Below, one piece after another: positions 62,630 through 64,000 of a stretch of DNA of 64,000 nucleotides. This DNA is from Candidatus Kutchimonas denitrificans (GTDB lineage: Bacteria; Gemmatimonadota; Gemmatimonadetes; Palauibacterales; KS3-K002): contig JAACAK010000067.1 of NCBI GenBank assembly GCA_011774835.1, positions 24,169 to 88,168 on the forward strand. The letters run 5' to 3'. Numbering within the stretch: position 1 is the first letter of the stretch; each line of letters starts with the position of its first letter. Position numbers and translations under genes: made by a program. Below the pieces are notes generated by a model, which had not been told where the DNA came from, did no database searches, and worked only from the letters and a program-made list of their open reading frames with translations.

Positions 62630-63966
62630 CGCTTCTTCCTCTTCTTCTTCCGCCGCGACCGCAACCTGATTCGGATCGGAACGCCCTGGAACCCCCACGA
62701 ATCACGAAAACCGTTTCTCAAATAGCGCACGTAACTTTCGGGCACGTCCCGTGGGTGGCTGCACCAGATGGCGAAGGTGGGCGGCTCGGTCCCCACCTGC
62801 GAGGCGTAGAGGAACTTCAGAGGCGTACCCCGCTTCTGCGGTGGCTGTGTCGCCTGTGTCAGCTGCTGGAGTCGCTCGTTCAGCGCCGGCGTCGGGATCC
62901 GCTTCTTCCGCTCCGCCCCAACCTGCCAGGCGAGGTCCAGGGCGCGTTGGACGCGCTGCCCGGTCAGCGCCGAGATGAACACGGTCGGAACGTTCGCCAG
63001 AAACGGGACCCGCTCGTGGAGCGCCTTCTCCATGCGGACCGCCGTATGCGTGTCTTTCTCGACCAGATCCCATTTGTTGACGGCCAAAACGACACCGCAG
63101 CCCCGGTCCCAGGCGTGCCGAACGATCCGGAAGTCCTGGTTGCTCACCCCGTCGTCAGCATCGACGATCACCGTGCAGACGTCCGCCCGATCGATGGCTC
63201 GCATCGTTCGGAGGGTCGCGTAGTATTCGAGTCCCTCGGTCACTCTACTCTTGCGGCGCAGCCCGGCCGTGTCGACGAAGACGAATCGCCGGCCCTCTCT
63301 TTCGAACGGCGTGTCGATCGCGTCCCGGGTCGTCCCGGCCTCCTCCGAGACCACCAGCCGCTCCGAACCCAGGACCCTGTTGATGAAGCTGGATTTCCCC
63401 ACGTTCGGTCTGCCGATGACCGCCAGCCGTAAACCGACCCCCTCACGCTCACCCCTCGCCTCCGCCGGCAGCATCTCGACGATCGCGTCCAACAGATCAC
63501 CGCTGCCGCGACCGCTCGCCGCCGCCAGCGGATGAGGATCCCCCAGGCCGAGGGCATAGAATTCGAGATGCGCGCTCGATTCCGGCAGGTCGTCGATCTT
63601 GTTGACGGCCAGGATCGTCCGCTTCTCGTGCACCCGCAGTAGCTCGGCGATGTGTTCGTCCAGCGGGTGGATCCCTTCGCGCCCATCGACCATGAACACG
63701 ATCACGCTCGCCTCTTCCAGGGCCAGCAACGCCTGCCGCCGTATCGCCTCGTCCAGCTCGCCCGCGGCGTCCTCCAGGATTCCGCCGGTGTCGACCACGT
63801 AAAACCGCCGACCTCCCCACTCGCCTTCGCCGAAATGAACGTCGCGCGTCACACCCGGCTGCCTGTCGACGATCGCCGGGCGACCGCCGACGACCCGGTT
63901 GAAGAACGTCGACTTGCCGACATTGGGTCGCCCGACTATGGCCACCGTCGGCGGACCGGTGGGCAC
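62626..63966 (-). CDS. der: Ribosome-biogenesis GTPase Der (EngA), two GTPase domains plus KH-like domain
   Basis: Two G1 P-loops (GRPNVGKST; GRPNVGKSS), a DTGG/DTAG G3 box in each GTPase domain, and a Lys/Arg-rich C-terminal tail. Confidence 0.9.
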   Translation of the reverse strand: MPTGPPTVAIVGRPNVGKSTFFNRVVGGRPAIVDRQPGVTRDVHFGEGEWGGRRFYVVDTGGILEDAAGELDEAIRRQALLALEEASVIVFMVDGREGIHPLDEHIAELLRVHEKRTILAVNKIDDLPESSAHLEFYALGLGDPHPLAAASGRGSGDLLDAIVEMLPAEARGEREGVGLRLAVIGRPNVGKSSFINRVLGSERLVVSEEAGTTRDAIDTPFEREGRRFVFVDTAGLRRKSRVTEGLEYYATLRTMRAIDRADVCTVIVDADDGVSNQDFRIVRHAWDRGCGVVLAVNKWDLVEKDTHTAVRMEKALHERVPFLANVPTVFISALTGQRVQRALDLAWQVGAERKKRIPTPALNERLQQLTQATQPPQKRGTPLKFLYASQVGTEPPTFAIWCSHPRDVPESYVRYLRNGFRDSWGFQGVPIRIRLRSRRKKKRKKR

Positions 63967-64000
63967 CTGTCGGGTCTCGACCTCCCCGGCTGGCTGGGCC

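Overview
This is a high-GC (~68%) bacterial chromosomal window, almost entirely coding, whose gene content is typical of a diderm (Gram-negative-type) organism. I found no rRNA, tRNA, CRISPR, transposase or phage genes. Reading left to right: moaD and moaE; malate dehydrogenase with a textbook intrinsic terminator; an NfeD-like membrane protein; an M28 lipoprotein peptidase; and a ~150-bp compound inverted repeat facing a convergent dcd gene. Then comes a σ70-like promoter and a complete 13-gene NADH:quinone oxidoreductase operon (nuoA, B, fused CD, E to N) with an unusually short NuoG, followed by a phosphohexomutase, sucCD, a PtsN-like EIIA–CBS-pair fusion, and ndk. Next are the classical yceD-rpmF-plsX-fabH-fabD-fabG-acpP-fabF cluster, ispF, dedA, xerD and a large exported hypothetical protein. 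From about 35.1 kb a σ70-like promoter precedes a tightly packed, same-strand ~21-kb gene string. It runs kdsB-pyrG-kdsA-kdsC-kdsD-lptC-lptA(long)-lptB(with N-terminal extension)-rpoN. It then continues, translationally coupled to rpoN, into an 11.5-kb glycosylation cluster. That cluster holds two GT2 polyprenyl-phosphate sugar synthases (GtrB/ArnC/Dpm1-like), two paralogous GT-C (ArnT/PMT-like) membrane transferases, WecB, a GT4 enzyme, a YfhO-family GT-C, a UPF0104 flippase-like protein and a SAM methyltransferase. This lipid-linked-sugar periplasmic glycosylation module, wired to Kdo/Lpt/σ54, is the most likely candidate for an undescribed system. By analogy with ArnC/ArnT and FlmF/FlmK it would be an LPS/lipid A or other envelope glycan modification system. 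The right end is a minus-strand operon der-plsY-gpsA-merR-surE-pcm-yqaA plus an acidic Pro-rich protein and a YfgM-like TPR membrane protein, and a Big_2/Kelch gene fragment that is probably a pseudogene. The many long antisense ORFs in the six-frame track are high-GC artefacts and were rejected.
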